A DNA stretch of 64,000 bases from Bugula neritina. Lineage: Eukaryota; Animalia; Bryozoa. Location: NCBI GenBank assembly GCA_964035545.1, contig OZ037772.1, forward strand, positions 12,274,818 to 12,338,817, written 5' to 3'. This document shows positions 31,001 through 46,000 of this stretch, piece after piece; within the stretch, counting starts at the first letter, position 1, and every line of letters starts with the position of its first letter. Below the pieces are notes generated by a model. That model worked only from the letters and a program-made list of their open reading frames with translations. It searched no databases and was not told the origin of the DNA. Both the position numbers and the translations under genes were made by a program.

Positions 31001-31521
31001 TGAATAATATGTAGTAGAAGCAGTATGAATCAGCCACTCTCACAGTATACCATATTATAAGGTATTATATATTCAATGTATGAATAACACTTCCTAAATC
31101 CTATTGTTGGGTGATTCAGGGGGCTGACAGTTGGTTACATCTGCCAGAAAACTGCCTGGAGCCAAAACCTTGCTGACCCTGAGTACAGTATATTACCAAT
31201 CAACTGCTCAGGCTGCAGACAGTATATTACCAATAAACTGCCCAAGCAGCAGACAGTATATTACCAATAAATTGCTCCTACAGAGTATAGTATATTACCA
31301 ATATAAACTGCTCAGGCAGCAGACAGTATATTACCAATAAACTGCTCAGGCTGCAGACAGTATATTACCAATATACTGCTCAGGCAGAGTACAGAAATAT
31401 TACCAATAAACTGCTCAGGCAGCAGACAGCAACTAATACAAATATAGAGAAGATAACTCACTGCTCCAATCACAGACCAGAAGATGAGAAAACCTTTACA
31501 GATTCCACTGCAGCAGCCCAT
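28048..31521 (-). CDS. Tetraspanin-family protein (divergent), ~260 aa, 8 coding exons
   Basis: Exons 31521-31462, 30540-30391, 29837-29736, 29509-29435, 29261-29157, 28942-28838, 28560-28474, 28146-28048; all introns phase 0. Four hydrophobic segments; large loop with W..L...ACCG, APC and GC before TM4. Confidence 0.88.
29850..29968. repeat. 21-bp AT-rich tandem repeat upstream of tetraspanin exon 3 acceptor
   Basis: tataattatattattatattg ~5 copies. Confidence 0.8.
31180..31430. repeat. 34-bp minisatellite ~7 copies in tetraspanin intron 1
   Basis: cagtatattaccaataaactgctcaggcagcaga. Confidence 0.9.
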
Positions 31522-33708
31522 TTTTTAGTTGTAGAGTTTTGAAAGTTTGAATATAAGATCTACAGAAAATAACAGCACGGTATAGTATTTCAAAATGTCT
31601 CGAACATGCATGCCCTAGCTATGCTAAAATCTTAAGAGCATTGAAAGCTACATACATCTTATATCACATTTATCACTTCTAGAATAACGTAAAAGAATTA
31701 ATTAATTAATTAAGTTATTTTCAAGTCTGTAAACCATAGATTGTAAATTAACTCATTATATTGATAGTTATCTACCCTCAGATCAAAGCATCTGCAGCTC
31801 AACATGCAGTTTCAAGATAAACATTTCATGCCAAACTTCCGCAAAAATTTTGTCCAATTAGGAAAATTTTTCAATAATACTTTTGACTTTTTTTCTGGTC
31901 CAATTAATATTATGACTCGAAGAGAAAATACGATTGTACTTCAACTTGAAAAACGTAAAAATATAGCATTTGTAAACTGTTTTTAAGCAAGCTATAGAAA
32001 CATATTAATCAGCACAGTTCTTAGCTGTCTAAACACCTACACTGTAATATAATAGACTGTACACAACCTACCTAGCAAGTATATAACCTATATGATTAGA
32101 GAGCTTAACCCTTCTCTGTATCTAGAGGTGCTTGGAATGATTATAAACTAAGTTACTATATACCTCACAATTTATATGACAGAATGACAGGATGTTCACT
32201 CTAGCGTGTAATGACTTTGTCTCAGTATTTCAACAGGACAGCTGGCGGACGTTATTATAATCATGGCATAAAAACATTAAATAAATGCATCAGTGATTTT
32301 CAGCCAAATAATAATAATGAATAGTTTTTATATAACGTTGTGACTGGAGGAGTAAGTGAACCGTGAAGGCAATATTGGGTGACTGGATATAAATAGTATT
32401 TAGGTCACACTTTTTCAAAACATTTGTTATCAAGCACAAAATAAAATTAGTATATATCAATTACCTCAATACCTCACCAGAGGTTATAAATCACAATAAT
32501 AAGTACTGAATATTAATCATTATCTATAGTAACTACCGGTGTCACACTTTTAGCCCTTGAGTTATGTGGCCAAAACATGATTTTAAGAGGGCTAACAGTT
32601 TGCATGCCATGCAGTAATTAATTAATGGTTTTAAACATGCTAGCTTACAATTAATATATTATTATATGAGGCACAATTTTTATAACATGCAAATATATTA
32701 TGCTGATTTTATAATTGACACATAATTTGACATTAGATATAGGAAATTTGTGTAAATTTGTTTGAAAAGAAATTTTTGGAAAGGTTTTTAAACTTTTATA
32801 ATAAAGCAACACTCATTTCTAAATGAAACATAATGTCAAATAAATTATACAAGATCATAACAATGTTGGAGTTGTCTACACAGAAGCGAAGACTTTAAGC
32901 ATAAGTCGTTATGAAGTCTTTGCACTTGCATCGTGTCGTTGTAAGTTGCTATCAAGTTGTTTGGGTCACGTGACGCTCAATTGATTGGCATTGACTGGCA
33001 CCCTTCGTTTAGAATAAAATAAAAGTTTAAATAAAAATCTTCTATTTTTAATACTTCAATTAGTAATGTATTTCTTAGAAGATTAATATTTGTGGTAAGT
33101 GATAAAACTGTTTTTATTGTAAAATTGTCATATTCGCAGTATTTTCTATTGTTCCTGATTACTTTGAGTCTACCCATCACTTTGAGTTTGAGTGTCAGAG
33201 TGACTTAAAGTAAAAGTAAAACTAAACCACTAAATCAAAAGAAGTTAGTTGGTAAATTTGCAATAACACCAGTCCTAAGTTTGGCACTAGTATGTGCTGC
33301 TTTTAGTCTTACTCACAGTCACAGTGATTTTATCATTTTAGTATTCGTGAACTCAAACCGTTAACATTTAATTTTATCGTGTATGAATTCTAGTAGATTT
33401 TCTTTTATTTCAAATTTGTAGTTTATGTTTGTTGTTATATCACTTGTTATTTGATTTATAGTTGTATACATATTTCTCTAATGGTATTACTATTAATATT
33501 ATATAAAAATTAGTGTATGTTTGTTATCTTTTGTGATTTAAGGTAAGGGTTCAAATTAAAATGCAAAGTAAAATAAGAATGATTCAACAACTTTCTTAAT
33601 CAAAATGATAAATATCATTGGACAGACATTGATCTTGGAGAGACAGATCTAGTAGGATGTAATACGATGTTCTACCACTTTTCTACCAGTGTATAAAAAC
33701 TCATATAA

Positions 33709-33837
33709 ACAGCAGCAACAGTAGTAGTAGTTAGTAGTAGGAGTAGCAGCAGTAAGAGTTGTTAGTAGCAGCAGTAGCAGAGCAGTAGTAGTAGTAATAT
33801 TTAGTAGTAGCAGTAGTAGTAGTAATAGTTAGTAGTG
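33709..33837. repeat. Degenerate (AGT/AGC)n microsatellite
   Basis: Direct reading. Confidence 0.8.
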
Positions 33838-35662
33838 GATACCTCAGGTCACTCTACCATGCACTTTGTGAAATTTGAAATATTGCCAATATACAAATAA
33901 ATACATAAATTTTACAAACAAAAGTTGGTTATTATATTGAGTTGACACAAGCGATACTCACTGTTAAATTTTCTAAAATGTCTTGTATGCTTCTTGAAAT
34001 TTGTTAGATAACTCCTTTGACTGGTGTGATCTGAGTATACAGTGAGCAGGCTGCAGGTTATATACCAGTGTGAAATAACGTGGTGTCATGTCATGACACA
34101 TCCTAATGTGTCATAACATATCACTTCTTTGTTACATCCATTGTACATTTGTTCATTCAGTTTACAGGCATTGTTTTAGTCTAGTTTAGTTTAACTCAGC
34201 AAAATGTATTATACAAGCGTGGTGTGTTTGAGGAATTTATTGCTTTCACATATTTTGTTGAATTCAGAGTGTAGCTTTTAATTTGATTGGTCAAAATGTG
34301 TTTTGTCGCAAATGCATAACTCATGTCATAATGTTTTATTTAATTTTATTATTTTAGTTTATTTTTGTTATAGCATATCTAATGAATCATTGCTGCCTTA
34401 CTATAATCCTTTAAGGTTTAAAATAAATTTTAAGTGTTGATGAAATTACCATGGAAACGGTGAAGGTTTCTACTATATTTTCTTACTAAAATCTAAACAC
34501 AGTACAGATTTTACTGCTTGCTGGTCTTAACATTCAATCATTTACTGTCGGTGTAGTAAAAGCAGCTCTGTAAGACGCATCTGTTCAGCTAGACAGTAGA
34601 AAAGATAGCAATGAGCAAGTACTTGAATAAGACACCAAGTAATATTTTTTTTAAAAACAGTGAAATTATTTTCTAGAAATTTGTAAATTTTCAACATTTT
34701 TATAATTTTGGTTATTCTGTTTTCTGGCTCACTTATACAACTCTGAAGTATCCCACAATACTTGCGATATCCTGGTAGAATACCTGGTAATAGTACCTAA
34801 ACCTGTACTTCATGATATTTAAGAATTTGGACACTTCCTTGTTTTCCCTAGTAACTCCACTCAGTGACCTGTGATGTTATGAATAACAAGAGTTTAGACA
34901 GAGTTTGGTCAGGTGTTACAATAGGTTATGATGGACTTTGTCATTTCCTACTTCATACAATGTACTTGTCAACTAACGGATATCATTTTGATTTCCTGCT
35001 TGAGGACACAGGCTTTGGAAGTAATATAGTTGGCTATCACGAGGGTTTATTCTGATTTAAGGAAATTAGAAATTAATTGAAAGTTTTTATCTTCCTAATT
35101 TATGATGCAACTGATGCATAAAAGCATCCCTTTCAATCTTATCATTTGAATCGGCTTAGTGAAATATTTGTGTCAAAAGCTACTTTTAGGCTGATAGTAT
35201 AAATGCCACTGTTCTTTGAAATATAAACTTGGGATTCTTTTCAATATGTCTAATTTAATTGCCACGTAAATATTTTAGAGTTTGATTTCTGAAGATAAAT
35301 GGCTATTGCTGTAATGGAGTTCTACTCTTATGATAATCTTTGAACATTCTTTGATATAACCACAAACCACTAATGGATAATATTATTTTATAGTCTGGTG
35401 TCTTAGTAACTACTGTTGGTGAATAAATTAGGTTAGGACCCTTTTAAATGGTCGTGTTATATATTATATTATATTATATAATAAAAAATATTATTATATA
35501 TATTATGAAATATTATGTTGTTATATAGATGATTATATATGTTATATTGCTATATTATATTATATTATTTTCCTATATATTATTGCTATGAAGTAGCAGT
35601 GATACAGTTGATAATTGAACTGTATCAGTTGCTATTCTATTGCTATAGCTGCCTAAAATCAC

Positions 35663-35826
35663 TACTGTAAGACAATATCACCTTCTACTAGCCAGGGTTG
35701 TGTTACTGTAAGACAATATCACCTTCTACTAGCCAGGGTTGTGTTACTGTAAGACAGTATAACCTGCTACTAGCCAGGGTTGTGTTACTGTAAGACAATA
35801 TCACCTTCTACTAGCCAGGGTTGTGC
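35663..35826. repeat. 41-bp minisatellite x4
   Basis: tactgtaagacaatatcaccttctactagccagggttgtgt. Confidence 0.9.
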
Positions 35827-37058
35827 TAGTTGTCTTTTCATACTTTCCAGTACATTGAAATAACTCCATCATACCAACTGCAGGGCATTGGTGAAGTCTT
35901 GCCAAAAGCTAAAATTTTATGTTTATTTATTAAAGAAATATTTACAATAAATTTATAGAAGAATAGTATATATGGAGAATCCTTATTTAGTGCGTTAACT
36001 CTACTTCAATTATTCCAGTTACACCAGGAAATAGAGCTCACGTCATATCATGCTTCACTGAGCGGTTTTACTCCAATGTTTGTACGTAGTACACTCACCC
36101 CACTAGTCGTAGTAATCCGAGTGACTCATTTATGATTCATGAGTATAAGGCCACTTATTTATCTCCATGGCAATCAATCAAACCATTTGTCTACCACTGA
36201 TTCACATTTATTTATAAGTGTGATAGATATGTCATATTAACAAATGAAATTGTTTGCTTCTAAATTAATAAGAGACATTTTTCAAGCACCATAGTTTCTG
36301 TGTTGTATATTCCTGCCAATGAAATATCATAATGATTCAGCTCTTTTAGTTATGGGTTTTAGTTTTTTTATCAAGAGAAGTTACGAAGTTTTTAACACCA
36401 ACACTTTCATGCTTTAAAAACTGGCAGCATTCCTTCTAAAATTATGATATTTTCTATAAAAGCTGTCTGCTACAAATTTATCCAACAACATTTCAAATCA
36501 TAATCATGGTTCAGTAAAGCAGATGCTACTAACTGCCTTTTAAGTTGAGGTAACTTTTCAGTGTGGCAATTGAATGGTGAATTTCTGTAATTGAGAACTG
36601 AACTGGGGACACTTGATTCGATTTGATTTTAATTTATGATAACTATAATCAAATACACTGATATTTGGTGTTGAAAATCAGAGACTTGCAACTCATGACA
36701 GAAAAAACTATCCATTTTAGCTTTTTTTACCTTTCTAATTGAAATGTTTTGTAAGATTATCATGGAAATAGGGTGTCAGCATTCCAGGAAAGGTGACAGC
36801 AGGTAGTTTAGCATTCAAGAAACTAGTTTACTCACAGGCTACTGCCCTGGACCTCAGTTTATATCACATCTTTTTGAGTCTTGCAGCCACTTGTGATAAT
36901 TTTCAAAACTCAGAAGTTTAGTATTTCAAGTTGTTTGCTTGAGTCATTCAATTTGATATTTCCATTCACTGTGCACCACTTATGTTTGCTTGTATGCTGC
37001 TATATTTATTGTTCACATATTACATATTGTTTACAGGATTTAGGCCGAGTTTTATAGA

Positions 37059-40000
37059 ATGGATGTGGAGAGGAGTACGTTGGCCACTGGGTACCCACCC
37101 TCAATAGCCAGTAGTAGGCGCCGTGGACCTCCTAGTAAGTAAAGATTTACACTGGATAATATATAATAGGGTTGGAATATGTTGAGGTGAAGAATGTTTG
37201 CTCTGTTGGATTACAAGTAGAAATTATTCCACAGAGATAGAATGATACAATTAGTTGTCTATCAGCCGTGGCGACTTTTGACAACACTTTTAACCACAAC
37301 TGATTAAATTCAAATATATGAGGTTTTATTTTCTACTAACTGCATAGTTAGTGGTTGGACTGTAAGTAAGGCTAGTCTTCATTTTATCTTAAGTTATAAG
37401 GCTAGTCAGTTACTTGCATGAAATAATATGTGAAGGTGAATACTAGATAATGTTATATAAATTCATATAATATATAAATATGTACAATATAAAGTAATAC
37501 ACAATAATATAATATAATAATATATAAATATGAATATCCGAATCAAAATATTGCCTGCCATGGCTGAGTTCTAAATCCACCTCTCTACCCTACCTCTGTC
37601 TACTCTACACAGGTGGAGCTAAGTCTAAGCCGTCTTCAACGGCCCGCACCATGTCACGTAACGTGAAACGTCTGCAGGAAGCGGTCAACCTTCACCTTAA
37701 CCACTACGAGAAGGAGCTCTTCCTAGACGCCCTCAACGAGTACCACTCGCAGAAGGATAGCTGGGGGTTTGTGGAACTTCTGCGCACAATACTCAACACA
37801 CCAGCTAAACAGCTTCTGGTTGGTTCATATTCTCTTATCTAATCTGTGATTGGTTTGTGTATGAAATGCAGTTTGTCATGCTGGTATTGAGTTATTATAT
37901 AGTCAGCTATTGGTTTGTCTTAACATGGTTATACTGGTTATATTATGTAATAAAGCACGTGATTGGCTCTGTGTTTTATCTGTGATTAGTCAGTTGTTTG
38001 TAATCTAGCATGTAATTGGTCACTTTGTACTGTGGTGTCTGTACTGTAGAGCTTTGATGTGTTATTCTCTCATGCTAGTATACATCATACTACATCTACA
38101 AACAGTATAATTATTATTCATGTAAAGAGAGAACAACTTCCTGTAACATAAGTGAATATTCCAGGTGCCAATGATACGACTCGTACTTCCTGCGGCAGAC
38201 ATTCCCGAGTTCGACAAGTGTGTTCAGTTGTCGGCTGCAGTAGCCCGGGGAGAGCAGGGCGCAGGCAGACTTACGGGGGGGTCTCCTTCTACCTCCAGTA
38301 GAGCTGGGCACAGACCTCGGGCTAACAGCACTCATAAATACAGCACGACTCCGGTGAGGTTGAAGGGGAGACAATCAGACTATAACAGCAGTACAGGTTG
38401 GTCACTCAGCATGTAGCTGGTCTGAGAGCGTCTCATCACCAGATGCTGTGTACATGGAAGGTTTTCACCATCAGCACTTTTGTTACAGCTCATTCACTTT
38501 GCTTCCACCTGAGTATAGAGATATTATATAGTGTAGAGATTTGTGTGTGTGAGGAATGTAGTTTTTTTAGTGGTTTACTTGACAAAACTGACTCCTAAAT
38601 GCATTATTTGAAGGTCTTTGTGCAATTTTATCACAGAGAGTACACAACTCCTAACTGTACCTGATTGATTTGTTGAATTCTATTCATGTGCCGACTGATG
38701 ACTAGGTTTTGGCTAGTTTACTAATACCTTGTTATTAAACTTATAACTTATTATTATTATTTATGTTATTGGTTATTATATTTTATTATTTTTCTTTATT
38801 TACTCATCTTTGAAGGAACTGAAGATTAAATGTTTTTTCATTTTCATTTCCCACTTTACTGTTTCTTTATTTACATGCAGATTCCAGAGAACTGAATATT
38901 TTACAAATATTCCCAGCATCAGATGGTATTGGGTTCACCATTAAATCTGGACATCATGGAAAACCGGGTAAATATTTTATTACATACGGAATCGCTACTC
39001 CAGTTTATGACATATTTGTTAAAAGATCTTAAATATTTTTGCTCACCATGAAGCAATTTTGTTGGTTATAAATGTGTGCCTTTTCTGGTCAGGAAGGTGA
39101 AATCTGCGTAACTGTAATGCTTTTTTCAAGAAAGTATACAACCAAATGTTCAAATTCGCAATATAATATTTTAGTTTACATTGGTCTGATGTAATCTGCA
39201 GTTTTTAGAATATTACATGCTAATGTTTTGATGTAATCTGCAGGAAAGTTTGTATCTTCTGTGGACCCACGCTCAGAGGCGTATGTGCAAGGACTGGCTG
39301 TCGGAGATGAGATACTGGAAGCCAATGATATTGACCTTTCTAAGACATCCAATGAGGACGCAGCTTTGATACTGCGAGCAGCGCGAACTCTCACCCTTAC
39401 TGTGAGACACTCCAACACACAGACAAAGTAAGGTTTAGTATAGATGTCAAAGTGATTCATTAACTGATCAATTAGTTGTCAAAAGCAGACGAATTCATAT
39501 AATCTAGCTATTTTTTATTAAATTTTATTATATTAAATTAAATTAAAATTAAATTTTATTGAAAGTAATTTAAATTTATTTATATCTGCAAATAATTGAA
39601 TTCTGTATGAAATTCCATAGATGGTGATCAGTAAAAATATTGTTATATTTAATTGTTATTTGATATTACATTGCTTCATTATATTATTTTATTTACCCTT
39701 TCAAAAATGTCAAAGTTAAAGCGTTATATTCTATTGCTCTGCACTGTTTCTTGTGTGTGAATTGTTGTTTATAAACATTTTCATTTTATGTAGCCAGGAG
39801 ACCTACACTTGGGTAGACACAGATGGGCGGTCGTGCAGCCCTCCCCCATCAGAATCTGAATTGAACAACACATTGCGGTCTTCAATCTCAAAGAAAAGTG
39901 GCATGACATTGCTCTCCAGTCAGGATGAGAGAAGGGTGTGTAATTGGCTACATGTTGTCAGCTTAGCCAATCACAGCATTGGTTTAACAGTTGATTACAA

Positions 40001-43000
40001 TGCTTGTCCAATCACATTATTTATTACATAGTTATACCAATCAACTTTCACAGTAAAACCTGTTACTTTATAGAAGTTTTATTCTACTTTTACTTTTAAA
40101 ATATTCGGCTATTGGCTTGTAGTGAAAGATTGTTTTAAAAGCAGTTGTTTGTTGTCAAAGTGCTTAGAATTGTGGGTAGTTTTTGCTGTAATAGAATGAA
40201 GAATACTATTGAAAAGTCTTGTATTGTAGATTAACTTACGCATAGAGAAAGGCCATGGTCTGGGGCTAAGTATTAGGGGTGGCTCAGAGTACGGCCTCGG
40301 TATTTACATCACAGGAGTAGATGAAGGTTCCTCAGCTAAGAGGTCCGGTATTCGAGTGGGAGACCAGGTGCTGGCAGTCAACGGTGAGACTAACACAGAG
40401 TTATGTTACGTTACGGTGTTGTGTTCACGTAGTACCAGTCCTACTTGTTTCAAATTTTATAACAATCTGATTATATTTTGTGTAAATTTACTAACTGTTT
40501 GTGGTGAATCTTAGTAGCAACTACAGAAACTGCTCTACTAGTTCTGCTAATATAATATTAACCTTTTAGTTATGAGTTATCTTCTCCTTTTGCAGACGTA
40601 CAGTTAGTTGATATCACACACAAAGATGCCGTCAAGGCCTTGAAGAGATCTCGACACATGATCCTCACTATAAAACATGTCGGCAAACTGCCGCATGCAA
40701 AAATTGACGACAGGAAGTTGGTGGTGAGCAATAAACGCTAGTAAAGTTATGCAAGACTTTTATCAGCTCAGTCAGACAAAGTAGAAACTGTATTTTAATT
40801 CACTAGAATACTATTTTGCGGTTTAGTACTTTCTGCTATTGAGTTATTTTCATATATTTATAATAATTGCACTCACTGATTTATCTCACAATGTTTTTAA
40901 GGTACCCAGAAGGTCGCACAGCACTGCAGGTCGAAGGTCAAGGTCCCAGTCACGCAGAGATTACTCCTCGTCGACAGAGGATGTGCGCAGACAGAGTAGA
41001 ATGAGATATCCCGGCTCCCTCGACAGGAGAAAATATCACGACGAGGAATATCAACAGGTGTGTTAGTAGTTACAGTCAGGGTATTAGTGAGTCAGTAGTT
41101 ACAGTCAGGGTATTAGTGAGTCAGTAGTTACAGTCAGAGAGTCAGTAGATGAGTTAGTAGTTACAGTCAAAGTATCAGTGAGTCAGTCCTTACAGTCAGA
41201 CTATCAGTAGATGAGTCAGTAGTTACAGTCAGAGTATTAGTGAGTCAATAGTTACAGTCAGAGTATTAGTGAATCAGTGGTTATAATAAAAGCTGATCTC
41301 ATGATGTAAGATCTAAAGTTATTGCTACTCTTGAGTAATAATTTCTACCACCGTTTTATTTCTAGTTTGCTAGTGTTTACAGACAGAAAGCTAGTGCCTG
41401 TTGTAATTAAGTAAGGTTTTAAGCTATTTTCTTTTTATAAGTTTATCCAAATAAAACTTTTGTTGAGTCCACAGACTAGAAATTTCTAATTTCATAATTA
41501 ATTTATAATTCATAGTAGATTTTTGGATTTCTTGTTGACTTACCTTGCTCGTAATAAATAGCTGTAAGCTGAATTGATGCAGTATATTAAATTCTATAAC
41601 ATCATCTTCTTGATTTCCATAAAACAAATTTTTTTCTAATTTGGAAAATAATTTATAATAAAATTTAGAACTAATTTTATTCAATAATTCAACTTATCAA
41701 ATAGCTACTAAATGAAACTTTAATACTAATGACATTCAGGCTGAGGAAACTACAGAAGTTGCAGATGACCAGGTAAACAGCATGACGTCGTGTGTGGAGT
41801 TGTGTCCTGAGTCTAGTTGTATTCTTATTCTAGATGTTGAAGTAAGCTGTCAGTTTGTGTCTTGTGACTGTGTGGGGTGTGTCGGGGTAACTTAGAGCTT
41901 AGACCTGGCATATCTCTACAGCCCAGGGTTTATCCAGTTAAACCACCATAATATTGTGATCACTGTAAAAATATACTTGACAAGTGTGTTCTAAAAAAAG
42001 TTTCCAAAGTGCATCATTTAAGGTGCTATTTCAACTTTAATCATGAATGACACTCTTGTACATGCTATACTGTGAGTTTTAGTTTTTAATTCTCTCATCT
42101 GTTATTTATGAATTGGATTCCTTAAGTCAATGATATAAGACAAGCACTGTTACATGTGTTAATACTGAGCCTTTTGAAAATTCTGCTTCGTGAGAAAAAT
42201 ATTTACTTTCAAGAACCAATTTTTTGAATACTGTGGTTTTCGCAAAAGCTTCACTAGATGAGGTGTTTTTAAACTAGGGAAAAATATATTATTGTGTATT
42301 TTATTCTGTACTAAACAGTCTGTGTGGAATATTTTCTTGCTTTACAATATAGCTTCAATGTTTTATAATATAGCAAACAACATGTTGATCCTAGGGTTTG
42401 ACTCCTTGTACCACTCACTAGATTGTCCACTGCACTGTCAGCTGAATATTCAGTAGTTGTACTCATAGTCACTTCAACTACTCAGAGCACATCAGACTAA
42501 ACAATTACTCAGATGTTTTGTTCTTTTCATTGACAATTGATAAATGATTGGTTGATGTTTTAGCACGGATTCACAAAAGGAGCGGGATCGCAGTTAATGC
42601 TCTCCCGAAACATGGCGTTACCTCAGCAGTCACACAACTCCCGTAGCTATGCAGTTGTCGAGGAACAAGCTAGAAACCTTCTGAATGATAATGAGAGAGG
42701 TATTTGTGGTGACATCGTGTGTTTATGCTAAGTTAAAATTGGGATGGTATTTGCACTGGTTCGTCATACTTTCAATATTAGCTGGTTCTCAGTCTAAAGT
42801 GAAATTCATACTTATAATATGGAGTTGTCTTCTTTGTTGTCTGTGCTGTATAAATATGCTGAGTGTTGGCGCTGCTGTTTTAGGAACACTCAAGTTCTAC
42901 TTGGATGAATACAACAAAAGTTACGTATCTGTGGAAGCCCTAGTAGCCGCCCTCAAAGAACTGTTCAATACTCAGGCTAAGGTATGTTCTCTAGTTACCT

Positions 43001-46000
43001 GCTGTGGTATGATCTCTCTGCTGTGTTTAGACTAAGACTAGTGGTTAAACCTGAGCTATAAGATACAGTCTGCCAACCCTCTCTATGAGCTGGTGGTGGC
43101 TGCATATATCTCACTGCAGGAAGTTACTTAATCAGCCTGACAAAATGCTGTGTATATTACAGTCATATATTCTATACTAAAGGGAGATGATGAAGGTCAA
43201 AGTGGTCATTAGTAGTATTCGTAGTATTAGTATTAAATTACTAATATAATTAGTATTAGTATTAGTAATAATATTGGAAATAGTGAAGCTACATTAGTAT
43301 TCTATATCGTGGCATTTCATTGGCCGATATTTTAGGCAGATTCAGTAAGTCTCTGATTCTGTAGAGAAATCAAACATATCTGTTGTCATGTCTCCCAGCT
43401 TCATTGAGTTTATTACAATTCTAATTTTTTGTCTTTTAGTTTTAAAAATATTATTTAGTAACTCTTGTTACTCCTTTTTCAGTTCCAGATGTTTCACGAA
43501 CTTCGGCATTTGATTCACCCCAGAGACGTAGAGAAGTACGATAAACTGGTGGTGAAAGTAGAAGTCAGTTTTCTCAAGGTAGGTATGGGGCGCTGCAGGG
43601 ACCTCTCCCTACAAACACATATAAGTGATGGATTATTTATTGCGGTCAAACCTTGAAGATTCTATTAGCATTTTCAGCTAGAAGCAGCTGAATAAAATCT
43701 GGTCACAGAAATCAAATTTATTTTTAGGCAATTTAATAACTTTAGCAAAAGTTAGTTTGATGGTTATTAAATGATGTTACTTCTTCTTTCATTTAGTATA
43801 TAGAATTTATTGGTACTGGTTGTATAGTGTAGCGGTTATGGTGGTACTGGTTGTATAGTGTGGTGGTTATGGTGGTACTGGTTGTATACTGTAGTGGTTA
43901 TGGTGGTACTGGTTATATAGTTTAGCGGTTATGGTGGTACTGGTTGTATAGTGTAGCGGTTATGGTGGTACTGGTTGTATAGTGTAGCGGTTATGGTGGT
44001 ACTGGTTGTATAGTGTAGCGGTTATGGTGGTACTGGTTGTATAGTGTAGCGGTTATGGTGGTACTGGTTGTATAGTGTAGCGGTTATGGTGGTACTGGTT
44101 GTATAGTGTAGCGGTTATGGTGGTACTGGTTGTATAGTGTAGCGGTTATGGTGGTACTGGTTGTATAGTGTAGCGGTTATGGTGGTACTGGTTGTATAGT
44201 GTAGCGGTTATGGTGGTACTGGTTGTATAGTGTAGCGGTTATGGTGGTACTGGTTGTATAGTGTAGCGGTTATGGTGGTACTGGTTGTATAGTGTAGCGG
44301 TTATGGTGGTACTGGTTGTATAGTGTAGCGGTTATGGTGGTACTGGTTGTATAGTGTAGCGGTTATGGTGGTACTGGTTGTATAGTGTAGCGGTTATGAT
44401 GGTACTGGTTGTATAGTGTGGTGGTTAGAATGGCACAAGAACTGCTGTGTTTCCCGCATTGTCACAGCATCTACTCTTGTTCTTCATTATTTTACGACGA
44501 GTCCATTAAATGAGTATTTCTCATAGCATTTAGAACATCAGCTGCTGCAATTTAAATAATAATTCCTTAAAATAAAATTATAGCAGGATTGTAAACTTTT
44601 CTGCCTTCAAACTGTAACGACAGCAGATTGTTTATCTCTCTACTGTGTCAGAGCTGTAGCTGTTAGAGAGTTGCGTATTCTAGTCCCTCTGTGTAACTTC
44701 CTGTCTGACTTCCAGAGTCGACACGAAAGGAGTCAGGATCAGATGTCTGACTTCTCATTGGACAGTATCTTGTCTGCTCACAGCACCAATTCGACCAATG
44801 AGAGCCTGACTCTGCACCTCTCAGCCAATCAAAATCTTAAGAACTCAGAGGTCAAAGAGCACATAGCTGTTCCAAATGGAACTGAGAGTGTGAGAAGCAA
44901 TAAAATGGTAATACTTCTTCTTTTATATATCTATTCCTTTGTTTATTAGTGTCAATATCTCTATTCATTTCTTATTTCATTTCTTAAGACTTCCTTTATG
45001 TACCTGAAGTTTGAATTTTATTGAAATTAAGAGTGAAAATATAATCGAATATTTTATTAGATTCTCACTTGCCAACCACTTTGATGCCTCAATGTTCTTT
45101 AGATTTGTTTAGCATAGACTGTTGAAAGTCTGTATTAGTGTAATTCACATGTTGCTATGCTCTGCAAGTTAAGATATCTCTGAAGATATTCTGTAGAAGG
45201 CTTTCCAACCAGCCCTCAGGTATTACCTGCTGTCAATATACAACTTGTAGTTAGTAACTGATGGCTCAAAGCAGAGAGTAGTCACGTACACTCCATCTGC
45301 ACAGTCTCAGTCGTCTGCTAAACCAGCTAGGTCAAGGTCATTTGTAACTGCAGCAGACGTCAACTATTACTCATCTCCAGAGGATAGCCCTAGGGATATC
45401 AGCAAGGTAAGGGAGGCTGTCCAAAGCTTCCACACTAACTGCTAGACTAAGAACTCTGTGTGTATCTGTACGCTGTGTCTAGTACATGGAAGTCACTTGT
45501 GTGGCTGGCTTAGTGGTGCAATTCATGTGTATTCATACTTTCTTCAAGATTTTAAATCCTGTGAACTTGTATAATATTTGTGCAATTTTATTTTATTTGT
45601 TGTAAAAGTCTGTTTTATCACTTCCTGTGCTTGATTTCAACTCCACCAATCACCGTGTGATGTGTTTCTACAGAGTAACAATTTAGTCGGCTAGTAATAT
45701 CTTGTAATTTACATCCTGATTGGATATTAGAGCAGCTATATAATAGTGTTATCCTCTTGTTGTACGTCGTGCTGTACTCAATGTCTAGTTGTGTTGTAGA
45801 GCGTGCCTAGAATGGGTGTCCGCGCCGCTAAAATATCACCCAAACCTGTAAGTTTGTTACACCATCTTGTTTCCTGTGTCGTTTTGTCTCACAGTCCAAG
45901 TTAATTTATGGGAGTTGCCCTATCTTTCTGACATGCTTTACCTATGTTGGTGACTCACACTTTCCAATCATGTGACTAGTTTTGTGTTGAATTCTATTTC

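Noticed and set aside
38165-38353. Whirlin exon 3 ending at CCG|gtgagg (38353)
   Set aside because: Phase 0 would hit TGA in the next exon; donor at 38396 (phase 1) keeps the PDZ1 frame.
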